Shown here: one piece after another, positions 27,135 through 36,623 of the stretch | Layout of the letters: every line of letters starts with the position of its first letter | Position numbering within the stretch: the stretch's first letter is position 1 | From: a bacterium | GTDB taxonomy: Bacteria; UBA8248 | NCBI GenBank assembly: GCA_965213625.1 | Contig: CBDBZU010000004.1 | Coordinates: 2,720,001-2,784,000, forward strand | Direction of reading: 5' to 3' | DNA length: 64,000 nt | Made by a program: the position numbers and the translations under genes | The notes under the pieces: model-generated | What the model was told of the DNA's origin: nothing | The model's input: only the letters and a program-made list of their open reading frames with translations | Database searches by the model: none

Positions 27135-28232
27135 TTATTCGGTGAGGCAAAGACCGTGGTCGGGTGTGAAGGAGAGATACACCTTCTGGCCGAGGTCGAG
27201 TTCCTCAAAGTGGTCGATTTGCACGCCGACCTCATGCGGGCCGACCTGGACCTGGCAGTCGAGGAAGTTGCCCAGGTACACGGTATCGATCACCTCGCCT
27301 TCGATGAGGTTCGATGCGTCGGCCGGTTTTTCGAGGTGCAGCAGGATATCCTCGGGACGGATACTCAGGATGATTTTTGCGCCTACGGGTGCGCCTTCCG
27401 CGCCGGTGGCCCTGAGGCGGACGGGTGCGCTTCCGTCACCAAGGGGAATTTCGATATCCGTCAGTTCTCCGTCGTGGCCGAGCAGCTTGCCCTCCATGAG
27501 ATTGGCCACGCCGATGAAATTCGCCACGAACGCGTTCGTGGGTTCGGCATAGATGGTTTCCGGGTCGCCGATTTGCTGGATCACGCCCTTGTCCATCACC
27601 ACGACCCTGTCGCTCATGACGAGCGCCTCTGTCTGGTCGTGCGTAACGTAAATTGAGGTGATGCCTACGTCGTGTTGCAAGCGTGTGAGTTCGATGCGCA
27701 TCTGCTCGCGCAGTTTGGCGTCGAGGTTGCTCAGGGGTTCATCGAAGAGAACGACCTTGGGGTTGTAAACGATGGCGCGAGCGAGGGCGACGCGCTGACG
27801 CTGGCCGCCGGAGAGCTTGGTGGCGTAGCGTTCGGCGAGATGGCCGAGACCCACGAGGTTGAGCGCCTTCGTTGTTTTCTCCTTGATGGCGGTCCTGGTT
27901 TCGCGGCGGATCCTCAGGCCATAGGCCACGTTGTCGAAGACCGTCATGTGCGGCCAGACGGCGTAGCTCTGGAACACCATGCCCAGGTTTCTTTCTTCGG
28001 GCGTCAGGAAAACGTCGTTAGTAGCGGAAGTGACGTAGTCTCCCTCGATTTGGATATCCCCGCTGTCGGGATGCTCGAGGCCGGCTATGCACCTCAGCGT
28101 CGTGGTTTTCCCGCAGCCCGAAGGCCCCAGCAGGGTGACGAACTCTCCCTGCTCGACGGATAAATCGATTCCTGCCACGGCCACTTCGGGCCCGAATGAC
28201 TTCACCAGTTTCGTGATTTCGACGAATGACAC
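27135..28232 (-). CDS. ABC transporter ATP-binding protein (FbpC/PotA-like, TOBE domain)
   Basis: GPSGCGKT, LSGGQRQR, LFDEPLSNLD and VTHDQ motifs. Confidence 0.92.
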   Translation of the reverse strand: MSFVEITKLVKSFGPEVAVAGIDLSVEQGEFVTLLGPSGCGKTTTLRCIAGLEHPDSGDIQIEGDYVTSATNDVFLTPEERNLGMVFQSYAVWPHMTVFDNVAYGLRIRRETRTAIKEKTTKALNLVGLGHLAERYATKLSGGQRQRVALARAIVYNPKVVLFDEPLSNLDAKLREQMRIELTRLQHDVGITSIYVTHDQTEALVMSDRVVVMDKGVIQQIGDPETIYAEPTNAFVANFIGVANLMEGKLLGHDGELTDIEIPLGDGSAPVRLRATGAEGAPVGAKIILSIRPEDILLHLEKPADASNLIEGEVIDTVYLGNFLDCQVQVGPHEVGVQIDHFEELDLGQKVYLSFTPDHGLCLTE

Positions 28233-28244
28233 TCTCTTAATCCT

Positions 28245-29342
28245 CTAGGGCTTAACGGCCAGCGTATGATCGGGGTCGAGGCTTACATATACCTTTTCGC
28301 CTACGCGCAGGCGTTCTCTCGAATGCGCCAGCACCTTCCACTCGAATTCTCCCCACTTCACCCGGCAATCGAGGCAGTTGCCCAGGAATACGGACTGAAT
28401 CACCTCACCCTCGATTCTGGGACCGTCCATGGGGTTACGCGAGGCGTTCACGTTCTCGGGGCGAACGGAGAGATAGGCGTCGTCGCCTTCCGTGAGGCCG
28501 TCGGCGAGCAGGCAGGGCAGTTGCACGTTTTCGTTGCCCTGGGCTATCTCGATGGTTCCTGCTCCCGCACCGCCGTTTCCGACGATTCTGCCCTCGGTCA
28601 GATTCGCCACACCGATGAAATCGCTCACGAACTTGTTGACGGGTCGTGCGTAGATGGCGTGGGGGCCGCCCGATTGTTCGATGTTTCCCTTGCTCATCAC
28701 GATAATTTCGTCGCTCATCACGAGGGCTTCCGCCTGGTCGTGCGTCACGTAGATCGAGGTGATACCGATTTCGTGCTGAATTCGCTTGAGTTCGACGCGC
28801 ATCTGCTCCCTGAGCTTGAGATCGAGGTTGCTCAGCGGCTCATCGAAGAGCAAAAGGCGCGGCTCGAAGACCATGGCGCGCGCGAGGGCCGCCCTTTGCT
28901 GCTGGCCGCCCGAGAGCTGCGTGGCGTTTTTGTCCGCCATGTCGGTGAGGCCGACGATTTTGAGCGCATGGGCGACGCGGTCGTCGATTTCGGATTGGGC
29001 GACGTCGCGTATCTCGAGCGGATAGGCCACGTTCTGCGTCACGTCCATGTGCGGCCAGATGGCGTAGCTCTGGAACACCATGCCGATGTTGCGTTTCTCG
29101 GGAGCGATGTTGATGCGCTTCTCCATCGAGGTGACCGGGTCCGCGCCGATGCGGATCTCGCCCGCGTCCGGCTTATGGAGGCCGGCGATGCACATGAGCG
29201 TCGTGGTCTTCCCGCAGCCCGAGGGGCCGAGCAGGGTGAGGAATTTCCCCTCCGGAATGCCGAAGGAAATGCCGTCCACGGCGCGGTCGTCGCCGAAGTA
29301 TTTTACGAGGTAGTCTACCTGGAGATAGTTGTTATCAGTCAT
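28245..29342 (-). CDS. ABC transporter ATP-binding protein (FbpC/PotA-like), second copy
   Basis: GPSGCGKT, LSGGQQQR and LFDEPLSNLD motifs. Confidence 0.92.
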   Translation of the reverse strand: MTDNNYLQVDYLVKYFGDDRAVDGISFGIPEGKFLTLLGPSGCGKTTTLMCIAGLHKPDAGEIRIGADPVTSMEKRINIAPEKRNIGMVFQSYAIWPHMDVTQNVAYPLEIRDVAQSEIDDRVAHALKIVGLTDMADKNATQLSGGQQQRAALARAMVFEPRLLLFDEPLSNLDLKLREQMRVELKRIQHEIGITSIYVTHDQAEALVMSDEIIVMSKGNIEQSGGPHAIYARPVNKFVSDFIGVANLTEGRIVGNGGAGAGTIEIAQGNENVQLPCLLADGLTEGDDAYLSVRPENVNASRNPMDGPRIEGEVIQSVFLGNCLDCRVKWGEFEWKVLAHSRERLRVGEKVYVSLDPDHTLAVKP

Positions 29343-29346
29343 AGTC

Positions 29347-31095
29347 TTATGCGGTAAGCGCCTCTTTGCCGGCTACTTTTCGGAAAATGACGACGCAAAT
29401 CAAAAGCGCGACCGTCTGCGCGATGGAAAGGGCCGCCGTCATGGGTTCATTTTCAAAGTTCGAGAGATAATACACGCCGACGGAGAGCGTCTCCGTGCCG
29501 ACGGAATACAGTATGATGGAAATAGAGAGTTCTCTCAAAAATATGACGAACAGGAGAATCCATCCGGCGAAAATGCCCGGTTTGAGAAGCGGAATCGTGA
29601 TTCTCCTGAGCGTAGTGAGCCACGAAGCCCCCGCCATGCGTGAACTCTGGTCGAGTTCTTCCGATACGGCCATCATGATGGAGGAGATGTTACGCTGCCC
29701 GTACGGGAAGAAGCGGGTGATGTAGCCGAGCAGAAGAATCCAGAGTGTGGCGTAGATGGGCGTCTTGATATAAGTGACGAGAACGCCCATGGCCAGCACG
29801 ATGCCGGGGAACCCGATGGGAATCACGCTCAGGAAATCGAGCATTTTCGAACCGAAGCCCTTGGTGCGGTGGATCATATAGCTCACGATGATGGCCAGCA
29901 CCATGGCGAGCGAAGCGCCGCCGAACGCGAGTATGAAGCTGTTGATGATGCCGTTGGTGGCCGCGTCGATGCTCTCGGGCCACCAGAAAAAGAGCACTTT
30001 CTGGTAGTTCCAAAAAGTGAGTTCCGACCAGATGACGCTCCCCGACCAGATTTTGTGAAGACTCACGAATAAAAGACAGATGATGGGAAGAATAACGGCG
30101 ACGCACACGTAGAACACGTTGTAACCGAAGGCGAGCCACTTCCAATTGCCCAGGTCGATGAGATTCGGCCGGAAGCCCTTGCCGGTCACCGTCGTATAGG
30201 CCCGAGGCGCGATGATTCTGTGCTGAATCCAGATGAAAAACGCCGTCACCACGCCCACCACCATGCTCATGGCGGCGCCCAAGTAGTGGTTCGCGTCATC
30301 ACCCACCGCTTTTGTGAAAATCTGCGTGGTCAGCGTCTCCCAGCCGAACGGAGCGGAAAGCTTGAAGGGTACGCCGAACTCCCCGGCCGTCGTCACGAAC
30401 ACGATGATGGCGCCCGAGAGAATCGCGGGCGTCACCAGGGGCAGGGTGATTGTCATGGTGGTTCTCAATAGGCCCGCTCCCGTCGTCCGCGCGCTGTCCT
30501 CGAGCGAGGGATCCATGCGCCTGAGCGAACCCACCACGAACAGGTAGACGAGGGGGGCGAAGAAAATCCCCGTCACCCAGATGACGCCCCACAGATTATT
30601 CACGTTGAAAAGCGGGAAAGAAATGCCAAAGAAACTTTTCGCCATGTTGTTTAGAAGGCCGACTTTCGGGGAGGCCAGGTTGTGCCAGGCGATGGCGCCG
30701 ACGAAAGGACTCAGGAAGAAGGGGATGAGGTTGAAAGGTTCGAGTTGTTCTCTAAACGGGCAATTGGTTCTCGCGTTGATCCATGCGAGCGATACGCCCA
30801 GCAGCGTGGCGAGAATAGTGCAGCCTGTGCTGATGAGTGCGGTATTGACGAGGGCTTTTCTGATGACGCGGCCCTGGAATACCTCCCTGTAGTTCTGGAG
30901 TCCCCACTCGGTGTCGAAGCCCAAGTCGTCGAGCACCAGAAAGCTGTTGATGACGAGCGCGATTAGCGGCAGGAAGACCGCCACCGCCACGATGAGGCCG
31001 ACTATGGTCGTGATGAGGTTCTCCTGCGTGAACCATGTGCGCCAGCCCCTCGGTGGGGCAACGTCGATATGAGGTGATGCGGTGTCTGTGGTCAT
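29347..31095 (-). CDS. FbpB-like fused double-domain ABC permease
   Basis: 582 aa with two EAA-like loops (LEDSARTTGAG and LDQSSRMAGAS). Confidence 0.9.
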   Translation of the reverse strand: MTTDTASPHIDVAPPRGWRTWFTQENLITTIVGLIVAVAVFLPLIALVINSFLVLDDLGFDTEWGLQNYREVFQGRVIRKALVNTALISTGCTILATLLGVSLAWINARTNCPFREQLEPFNLIPFFLSPFVGAIAWHNLASPKVGLLNNMAKSFFGISFPLFNVNNLWGVIWVTGIFFAPLVYLFVVGSLRRMDPSLEDSARTTGAGLLRTTMTITLPLVTPAILSGAIIVFVTTAGEFGVPFKLSAPFGWETLTTQIFTKAVGDDANHYLGAAMSMVVGVVTAFFIWIQHRIIAPRAYTTVTGKGFRPNLIDLGNWKWLAFGYNVFYVCVAVILPIICLLFVSLHKIWSGSVIWSELTFWNYQKVLFFWWPESIDAATNGIINSFILAFGGASLAMVLAIIVSYMIHRTKGFGSKMLDFLSVIPIGFPGIVLAMGVLVTYIKTPIYATLWILLLGYITRFFPYGQRNISSIMMAVSEELDQSSRMAGASWLTTLRRITIPLLKPGIFAGWILLFVIFLRELSISIILYSVGTETLSVGVYYLSNFENEPMTAALSIAQTVALLICVVIFRKVAGKEALTA

Positions 31096-31322
31096 AGCTG
31101 TATCAGATAAAATCTTTCCGGCGAATCATGCGCCGCCTTCAAAAGTTTCTCCCCACAAGCAAGTGCGCTGATTCGCGGGGGGAGTCAGTTAATAGAATAT
31201 CATCACGGCTCACTATCTCGCGAAGGCTCCGCCGGGCTTGCGGCTGATGCGCTCTCGGCCATCCCCGGCTGAATCCTCGCGGCATGGCGGGCCGCTCATT
31301 TCCCGTTTCATGATAAAAACCG

Positions 31323-31360
31323 AAAGGGTGGGAGCCCCTATTAAGGGGCTCCCACCCTTT
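31323..31360. terminator. Strong hairpin (terminator or stabiliser) after the SBP gene
   Basis: AAAGGGTGGGAGCCCCT-ATTA-AGGGGCTCCCACCCTTT perfect 17-bp stem; a second long imperfect stem lies at about 31219-31281. Confidence 0.75.
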
Positions 31361-31383
31361 TCGGGCAACAACCGATATTCGTC

Positions 31384-32490
31384 CTACTTGAAGCGCTTGA
31401 TGAATTCGGCGCGCGTCGCCTTGAACTTCTTCTGCGCTGACACCCAGTCCTTGAGACCCAGCAGCTTATGCTTGCTGAGGTCGAGGAGGTAGGGAGCCAC
31501 AACCTTAGGTGGCTTGTAACCTGCGCGGAAGCTGTAGACGGCCTCGCCTTCCACGTATACGTCGGTGCCCTCTTTGGTGAGGAGGAATTCAACCAGTAGT
31601 TTGCCGGCGTTGGGGTTCGGCGCGCCGTTCAGGACAGCCGCCTGGTTGCCCAGCATGACCTGGCCTTCTTCGTAGTAGCCTATCTTGAGGACTTTAGCGA
31701 GGTCGGGCTTCTTGATGACGTTCTGATACACACGGCCGGTAATGTTCCAGGGGTCGAGGCCGCGCTCGCAGTTGATGAGCACCTGCATCTTGGGCTCCGT
31801 GCGGAACATGACGACGGGCTTCGTGGCTTTCAGGGCGTCCCAGTACTTGTTCATGTCCATGCCGTTCTCGATGAGCGAGATGACGGTGTTGGTGTAGGTG
31901 AAGCTCTTTGTGATATCGCCGGCGATGGTCTGGCCCATCACGTTCTTCGCGATGGTGTCGGCATACTTCGTCACGTTGATGTTCTTCATGCCCTTGCAGG
32001 CGCTGTTCCACACAGGCTGGAAGGTGTAGGCCAGCGGCGTGACGACGTAGGGGTAGTTCGCGTACTGACCGGCTTTTTTGATCACTCCCGCGAAATGTTT
32101 GTTCCACTCGGCGCTGTCGAGCTTGTGGTACGCGCCGCGTTTATGAGCCGCAGCGAAGAAGCCGGGTGCGCTCACCACGTGAACGTCGACAGTGAACTTG
32201 TTGGCCCGCATCTCCTGGCGAACCTGGGAGACGGTGGCGCCGGTGCCTTTACGCAGGTTGCGGAATTTGAAGCCGCTGCCGAGGCCATAATGCTTGGCGA
32301 AAGCGGGGCCCATGCGCTTGGCCGTGCGGTCACTGAACAGGGGGTTGATGATCGTCACGGCGCCCTCTTTTTTCGCCGCGCGTACGAGCTCTTTCTGGTT
32401 TTTCATCATCGCTTCGGATACGAGCGCGCCCGAGGCGAAGACGGCCACCGCCACGACAGCGGCGACAAAGAAATGGATACGGAATTTCAT
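31384..32490 (-). CDS. ABC transporter substrate-binding protein (Fe3+/thiamine/polyamine cluster)
   Basis: Signal peptide, AAKKEG.V.I and APNPNAGKL.VEFLLT.EG motifs; GAGGAG RBS. Confidence 0.88.
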   Translation of the reverse strand: MKFRIHFFVAAVVAVAVFASGALVSEAMMKNQKELVRAAKKEGAVTIINPLFSDRTAKRMGPAFAKHYGLGSGFKFRNLRKGTGATVSQVRQEMRANKFTVDVHVVSAPGFFAAAHKRGAYHKLDSAEWNKHFAGVIKKAGQYANYPYVVTPLAYTFQPVWNSACKGMKNINVTKYADTIAKNVMGQTIAGDITKSFTYTNTVISLIENGMDMNKYWDALKATKPVVMFRTEPKMQVLINCERGLDPWNITGRVYQNVIKKPDLAKVLKIGYYEEGQVMLGNQAAVLNGAPNPNAGKLLVEFLLTKEGTDVYVEGEAVYSFRAGYKPPKVVAPYLLDLSKHKLLGLKDWVSAQKKFKATRAEFIKRFK

Positions 32491-32642
32491 CGAGAATCTC
32501 CTCATGCAGGAATAGAGTGGGGAACAAGGCCCCGGTTAAAAAGTATCGCTTATTTCGCTTTTACCAGAAAAACACCCAGACGATAGAAAACAACGTAACA
32601 ATAGCTTGTTTTCTTTACTGTCTGTGGGTTTTTATGGTAGTG

Positions 32643-32670
32643 AAGATACCAGATTTTCGGTGTCTGTCAA
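32643..32670 (-). promoter_or_regulatory. Putative sigma70 promoter of the ABC/CapA operon
   Basis: Minus strand TTGACA-16 nt-TATCTT with an extended -10 TG. Confidence 0.45.
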
Positions 32671-32826
32671 ATACCTTCTTTTCCGGCTGGCGAAAATCCG
32701 GGCCGATGATTTTCTGTTCATCCTCGAGAATGGCGAGGGAAAGAAATGTCTCTCTCGCAGTGGACGAACGCAAGTTGACTCGACCGGTTCATTGAGGCCT
32801 CGGCCCCGCGAGTTTTTCTCCACTGG

Positions 32827-33681
32827 ATGAAATTCTGGGAGAGGATTTTCTTGAACGTGAAATCGACCGGTTCGCAACTTATCCAGACCCACAGGCTGGA
32901 AGCCCCAAAGGGTTCGTTCATGGAACATGTGGAGGTGATCCTCATCGGGGATGGGCCATTCATCCTTTTTGACGCAGGCTACCGCGAATGCATTCCCGAG
33001 ATGCTCCCCTGGGTGGAGGCGCGCGCCGGAGATAAGTTGGAAAAACTTGTCCTGACCCACCACCACTTCGATCATTCAGGAGGGGCCAATGCTGTATGCG
33101 AACTGTTCGGCGTATCGGCCTTCGCCCACCCCCTGGAGATGCGTTTTCTCGAAGAGGAGCAGCCGGGTCTACAAGTCTTACCGATCAGGGAAGGGGAATT
33201 CGTCGAGTTGGGAGAAATGCGCCTTGAAGCCATTCTCACGCCGGGCCATTCTCCCGGGCATCTTTCTTTCTGGTGGGAGGAGGAGAAAATTCTCCTGGGA
33301 GGCGATAACATTCTTCTTCCTTCGACCACGGCTCTGGTCGCGCCGAAGGGGAATCTGGGTGATTATCTCGAATCGCTGGTAATGGTGAAAAACCTCGCGC
33401 CTCGTCTCATCTATCCGGGACACGGCCCGGTGATCGAGGATCCGATTGGCCGGATTGACGAGCTCATCGAGCACCGGAAGATGCGCGGCGTGCAGTATCT
33501 CGAGGCGCTGGGCGCAGGCCACGATACGCCGGCGAAGATAGCGGACCTCGTTTATCACGAATTGCCCGAGCGTCAGAAAGAGCTTGGCGCGCGCGTGATA
33601 TCGCTGTACCTGGAGAGATTCGTGGAATCCGGAGAAGTCGCGAGCGCCGATGGGCGCTACTCATTGACGGGGCCGTTTTAG
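32827..33681 (+). CDS. MBL-fold metallo-hydrolase (LACTB2-like, C-terminal winged helix)
   Basis: THHHFDH, TPGHSPGH, GD and PGHG motifs; true start may be GTG 32857. Confidence 0.88.
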   Translation: MKFWERIFLNVKSTGSQLIQTHRLEAPKGSFMEHVEVILIGDGPFILFDAGYRECIPEMLPWVEARAGDKLEKLVLTHHHFDHSGGANAVCELFGVSAFAHPLEMRFLEEEQPGLQVLPIREGEFVELGEMRLEAILTPGHSPGHLSFWWEEEKILLGGDNILLPSTTALVAPKGNLGDYLESLVMVKNLAPRLIYPGHGPVIEDPIGRIDELIEHRKMRGVQYLEALGAGHDTPAKIADLVYHELPERQKELGARVISLYLERFVESGEVASADGRYSLTGPF

Positions 33682-33694
33682 GGAGGCGAGGGTT

Positions 33695-34504
33695 TTGCTC
33701 ACGAACTGCCACACGCTGGTTTTGCGGGAACTGCTGGAGCGTCACCCCGAGATGCCCCACGCCGGGGAAGACGCTTACGTCTATAACGTAGCGCCCGATT
33801 CCCTACCCCTCTCCGGGGAATTCAAGGCGAGGGAAACCCACCGCTTCGCCCCGCCTGCAGGGATAATGGGTCGATTCCCGAAGCTCTTGTGGGTGAAATG
33901 CCATCTGGTGGTCGACAACATCTGTCATTATGGGAGCATCGCCAAGGTGGGGGGCGGGCTGTCTCCTTCCCAAAAGCGGGGCTACACCTACCTCAAGGGG
34001 GTCGAACTCATTCCCCTGATGCGTGAATTCACGAAAGAAATGGGCGTTTCGGCCGATGAGTCTACCCTTCACTACCTCGCGCACGTTCTGGTGGAAATCG
34101 CTGTAGATTACGCCATACATCTCGACGACGGGACTGTGGGGGAGCAACTCCGAGACGCCCAGAACGAGATGAGCGACGCGCAGAAACAGGAATACGCCGA
34201 GGGTCTCGGCGCTTTATATGGTTGTGCGCCTGAGAAAGTCGCGCGGGCTCGCGGCGCGCCACGCAAGTTTTATGGCGATATGCACGACGTCGACCAGCTC
34301 TTCGTGGGCGGACGAACGAAAATCGTGCTGCGGAAGCTGAGGTTGCCCTTCAACGAGGAGAACACGGAAAGGACGTGTCGCCTTATAGAAGAGGGAGCGC
34401 GGATGACGTGTGATTATATGGAATTCATTGACGAGTCCGTGGATGCGCTCTCGGACTGGGAGGCATGGGAAGGAGAAGTCGCCATAGACGGCGTTATTCC
34501 TTGA
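33695..34504 (+). CDS. Hypothetical protein, possibly Zn-dependent phospholipase C/P1 nuclease-like fold
   Basis: N-terminal H, APD, TH, HLVVD...H and H.LVE...D spaced like the tri-zinc phosphoesterase ligands; GGAGG RBS before TTG. Confidence 0.55.
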   Translation: MLTNCHTLVLRELLERHPEMPHAGEDAYVYNVAPDSLPLSGEFKARETHRFAPPAGIMGRFPKLLWVKCHLVVDNICHYGSIAKVGGGLSPSQKRGYTYLKGVELIPLMREFTKEMGVSADESTLHYLAHVLVEIAVDYAIHLDDGTVGEQLRDAQNEMSDAQKQEYAEGLGALYGCAPEKVARARGAPRKFYGDMHDVDQLFVGGRTKIVLRKLRLPFNEENTERTCRLIEEGARMTCDYMEFIDESVDALSDWEAWEGEVAIDGVIP

Positions 34505-34750
34505 TTCCGTTTTCTTACTCTGGAATGAATCGCTTCATCAAAAATATCGTTTCCGCTGGTAACCGAAAGCCCGCTACCCAATTATGCCTATTGGTTCGCA
34601 GAGACTATTTTGAGTCTTCGCACGGGCAAACCTATCCATACACTCGGTTGCCCCTGCATATTCCTTGGCCGACGGCGCAGGGCTATCCTGTGGAATAGAG
34701 GTTCTTTTCTACGTCGAGCCGGATTTCCCGGCCTTCGGGGGTTGCGAGTT

Positions 34751-35023
34751 CTAGTTCACGGAGGCCTTGAGGCCCGCTCCCGCCTTGAACTTCGGCACGC
34801 TGGCCGCCGCCACCATAATCTCCTCGCCCGTTCTCGGGTTGCGCGCCTTGCGGGCCGCTCGCTGAGAGACGCTGAAGGTGCCGAAGCCCGTGAGCGTTAC
34901 TTTATCTCCGCTCTGGAGCGCCGAGGTTACGGCGCCCACGAATGCGTCGACTACGCCCTGTGCACTCGACTTGGTCAGGTTCGCCTGCTCGGCGATGGCG
35001 TCTGCTAGTTCGCCTTTGTTCAT
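34751..35023 (-). CDS. hup: HU family DNA-binding protein
   Basis: MNKGEL...GFGTF....RAAR.ARNPRTGE...PKFKAG..LK. Confidence 0.96.
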   Translation of the reverse strand: MNKGELADAIAEQANLTKSSAQGVVDAFVGAVTSALQSGDKVTLTGFGTFSVSQRAARKARNPRTGEEIMVAAASVPKFKAGAGLKASVN

Positions 35024-35176
35024 TTTTCTTCTCCTCTTTCGCCCTGAGCGGCGCGCGGGCGGTGCGTGCGCGCTCATGCCTTCTCTGTTTGCTGAAACCA
35101 TGCTCAACAACAGAAATCAAAATATGTGTTAGGCGGAATTGAAATACGGGGCGGGTGTTCACGTTTCTAGAGATGA

Positions 35177-35205
35177 ATTATAGCTATCGAGTCAGTTCCA
35201 CGCAA
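35177..35205 (-). promoter_or_regulatory. sigma70 promoter of hup
   Basis: Minus strand TTGCGT-17 nt-TATAAT. Confidence 0.65.
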
Positions 35206-35242
35206 GCCCAAAACGCTTGTCAGTCAATGGATGGCGGTGAAG

Positions 35243-36487
35243 TCACCGTGCGGGGAAATTCCACATCGCATTGTTTCCAACCATCTGATCATAGGAGAAA
35301 AGCGCGACGCCGTCGGCTCCTGCCTCCCGGGCGGCGCGCCATTCACGCCATATTCCCGCCGCGTTTTTGGTGAACAGATATGCCCCGAGTCCGATGACGA
35401 CCCCGGGAGCTTGCGAATGGGGGGTTTTCGCCCTCTTGGCGGCGAGTGCGCTTCGGCTGATCTGAGCGGCCAGATGTTCATCGCGGGAATAGTTCATGAC
35501 CACGGCCTTATCCAGGAGCCCGCTGTTCAGCCAGCCGCGCCAGTCCTGAAACGCGGAGAGATAGGCGCGTTCCGCCCAGGGAAGAACAGCTGCAGAAACA
35601 ACCACTTGCTTTCTTAAACTTCTAGTTGTTTCATAAACGCCTCTGACCGCCGACGTGATTTGCGCGCGACGCCACTTATCCCAGGCCGCTGCGTCGGCAC
35701 GCTTCACGTTCACGCCTGCGCGCGGCGCGGTTTTCTTTGTTTCTTGCTTAAAACGGGCGACCGAAGCCTCGCTGTATCCGAAATCAAGGCGCGGGGAGAA
35801 GCGAGAACCCGGCGAAATAGGAAGCGCGTAGGGGTAGCGGATGAAATCGAGATGAATACCTGCAAGCCGCGGATAATTCTTCACGAGATGCGCCGCGACG
35901 TCGATGATGCGTTCCCGAACACCCGGATTGCCTGGGTCGAGAAAAATACCGGGCGTTCCGAGGCCGAAGCCTTTCGCCCATGTGGGTTTCCCTGAAAGTG
36001 GATATTCGAGCAGCGAACGCCCGTATTGATCCTTGAGTACGGCTTCTTTCCCGAGTTCACGGATGATGGGCGCTTTTTTGTTTCTTGCGAGAGCGAATGC
36101 GTTTATCCACGCATGAACCTTGATGGCGCAGCCGTGTTCCTTGCCTCGGGAGGCCAGATCGAGCAGCAAGGCCAATGGGTCCTGCCCCGCCCGCCTGGAA
36201 GGAGTGTCATCGGCCAGTTTGGTGGGAAACCACGCGCGGCCCGAGCGGTAGACCTGCGCGTAGATGTCCGTAACGCCTGCGGAGCATGCGCGCTTCACCA
36301 GCGCCTTGATTTTCTCCGCGCTGTCGAGGGTACGGTTTGCGCCTTCCGCCTGCACCCAAAGGCCGATTTCGAAGGATTTGGGCGCAAAAAGGCGAACGAG
36401 TAAATTTTCGTCAAACGAAGAACATCCATAAACCAGGAGCGCGATGAGCAAAAGGCAAAGCGCACCTGTACGCGGGAGTCGCTTCAT
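35243..36487 (-). CDS. GHL10/UPF0748 (YddW/DigH-like) glycoside hydrolase lipoprotein
   Basis: Lipobox-like LLVYGC, QV...G, DPL, VHAWIN, LDPG.P.V, GIHLDFIRYP and QDW..W motifs. Confidence 0.85.
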   Translation of the reverse strand: MKRLPRTGALCLLLIALLVYGCSSFDENLLVRLFAPKSFEIGLWVQAEGANRTLDSAEKIKALVKRACSAGVTDIYAQVYRSGRAWFPTKLADDTPSRRAGQDPLALLLDLASRGKEHGCAIKVHAWINAFALARNKKAPIIRELGKEAVLKDQYGRSLLEYPLSGKPTWAKGFGLGTPGIFLDPGNPGVRERIIDVAAHLVKNYPRLAGIHLDFIRYPYALPISPGSRFSPRLDFGYSEASVARFKQETKKTAPRAGVNVKRADAAAWDKWRRAQITSAVRGVYETTRSLRKQVVVSAAVLPWAERAYLSAFQDWRGWLNSGLLDKAVVMNYSRDEHLAAQISRSALAAKRAKTPHSQAPGVVIGLGAYLFTKNAAGIWREWRAAREAGADGVALFSYDQMVGNNAMWNFPAR

Positions 36488-36623
36488 CCGTGTTTTCCGT
36501 GGGCGGGAGTTTATGCGCTCAAACTACACTTTGCTCCGAGTAGAGGTCAACGCAAAATGGAAGGATACGCGGAAAATAGAATAAATTCAGCACGAAAACG
36601 CGCTCTCGCCCAAGTACATTTCT

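Noticed and set aside
34619-34655. c-di-GMP-I riboswitch suggested by CGCACGGGCAAACC
   Set aside because: Lacks the GAAA tetraloop and GGGACGCAAAGC segment and is not upstream of a same-strand gene.
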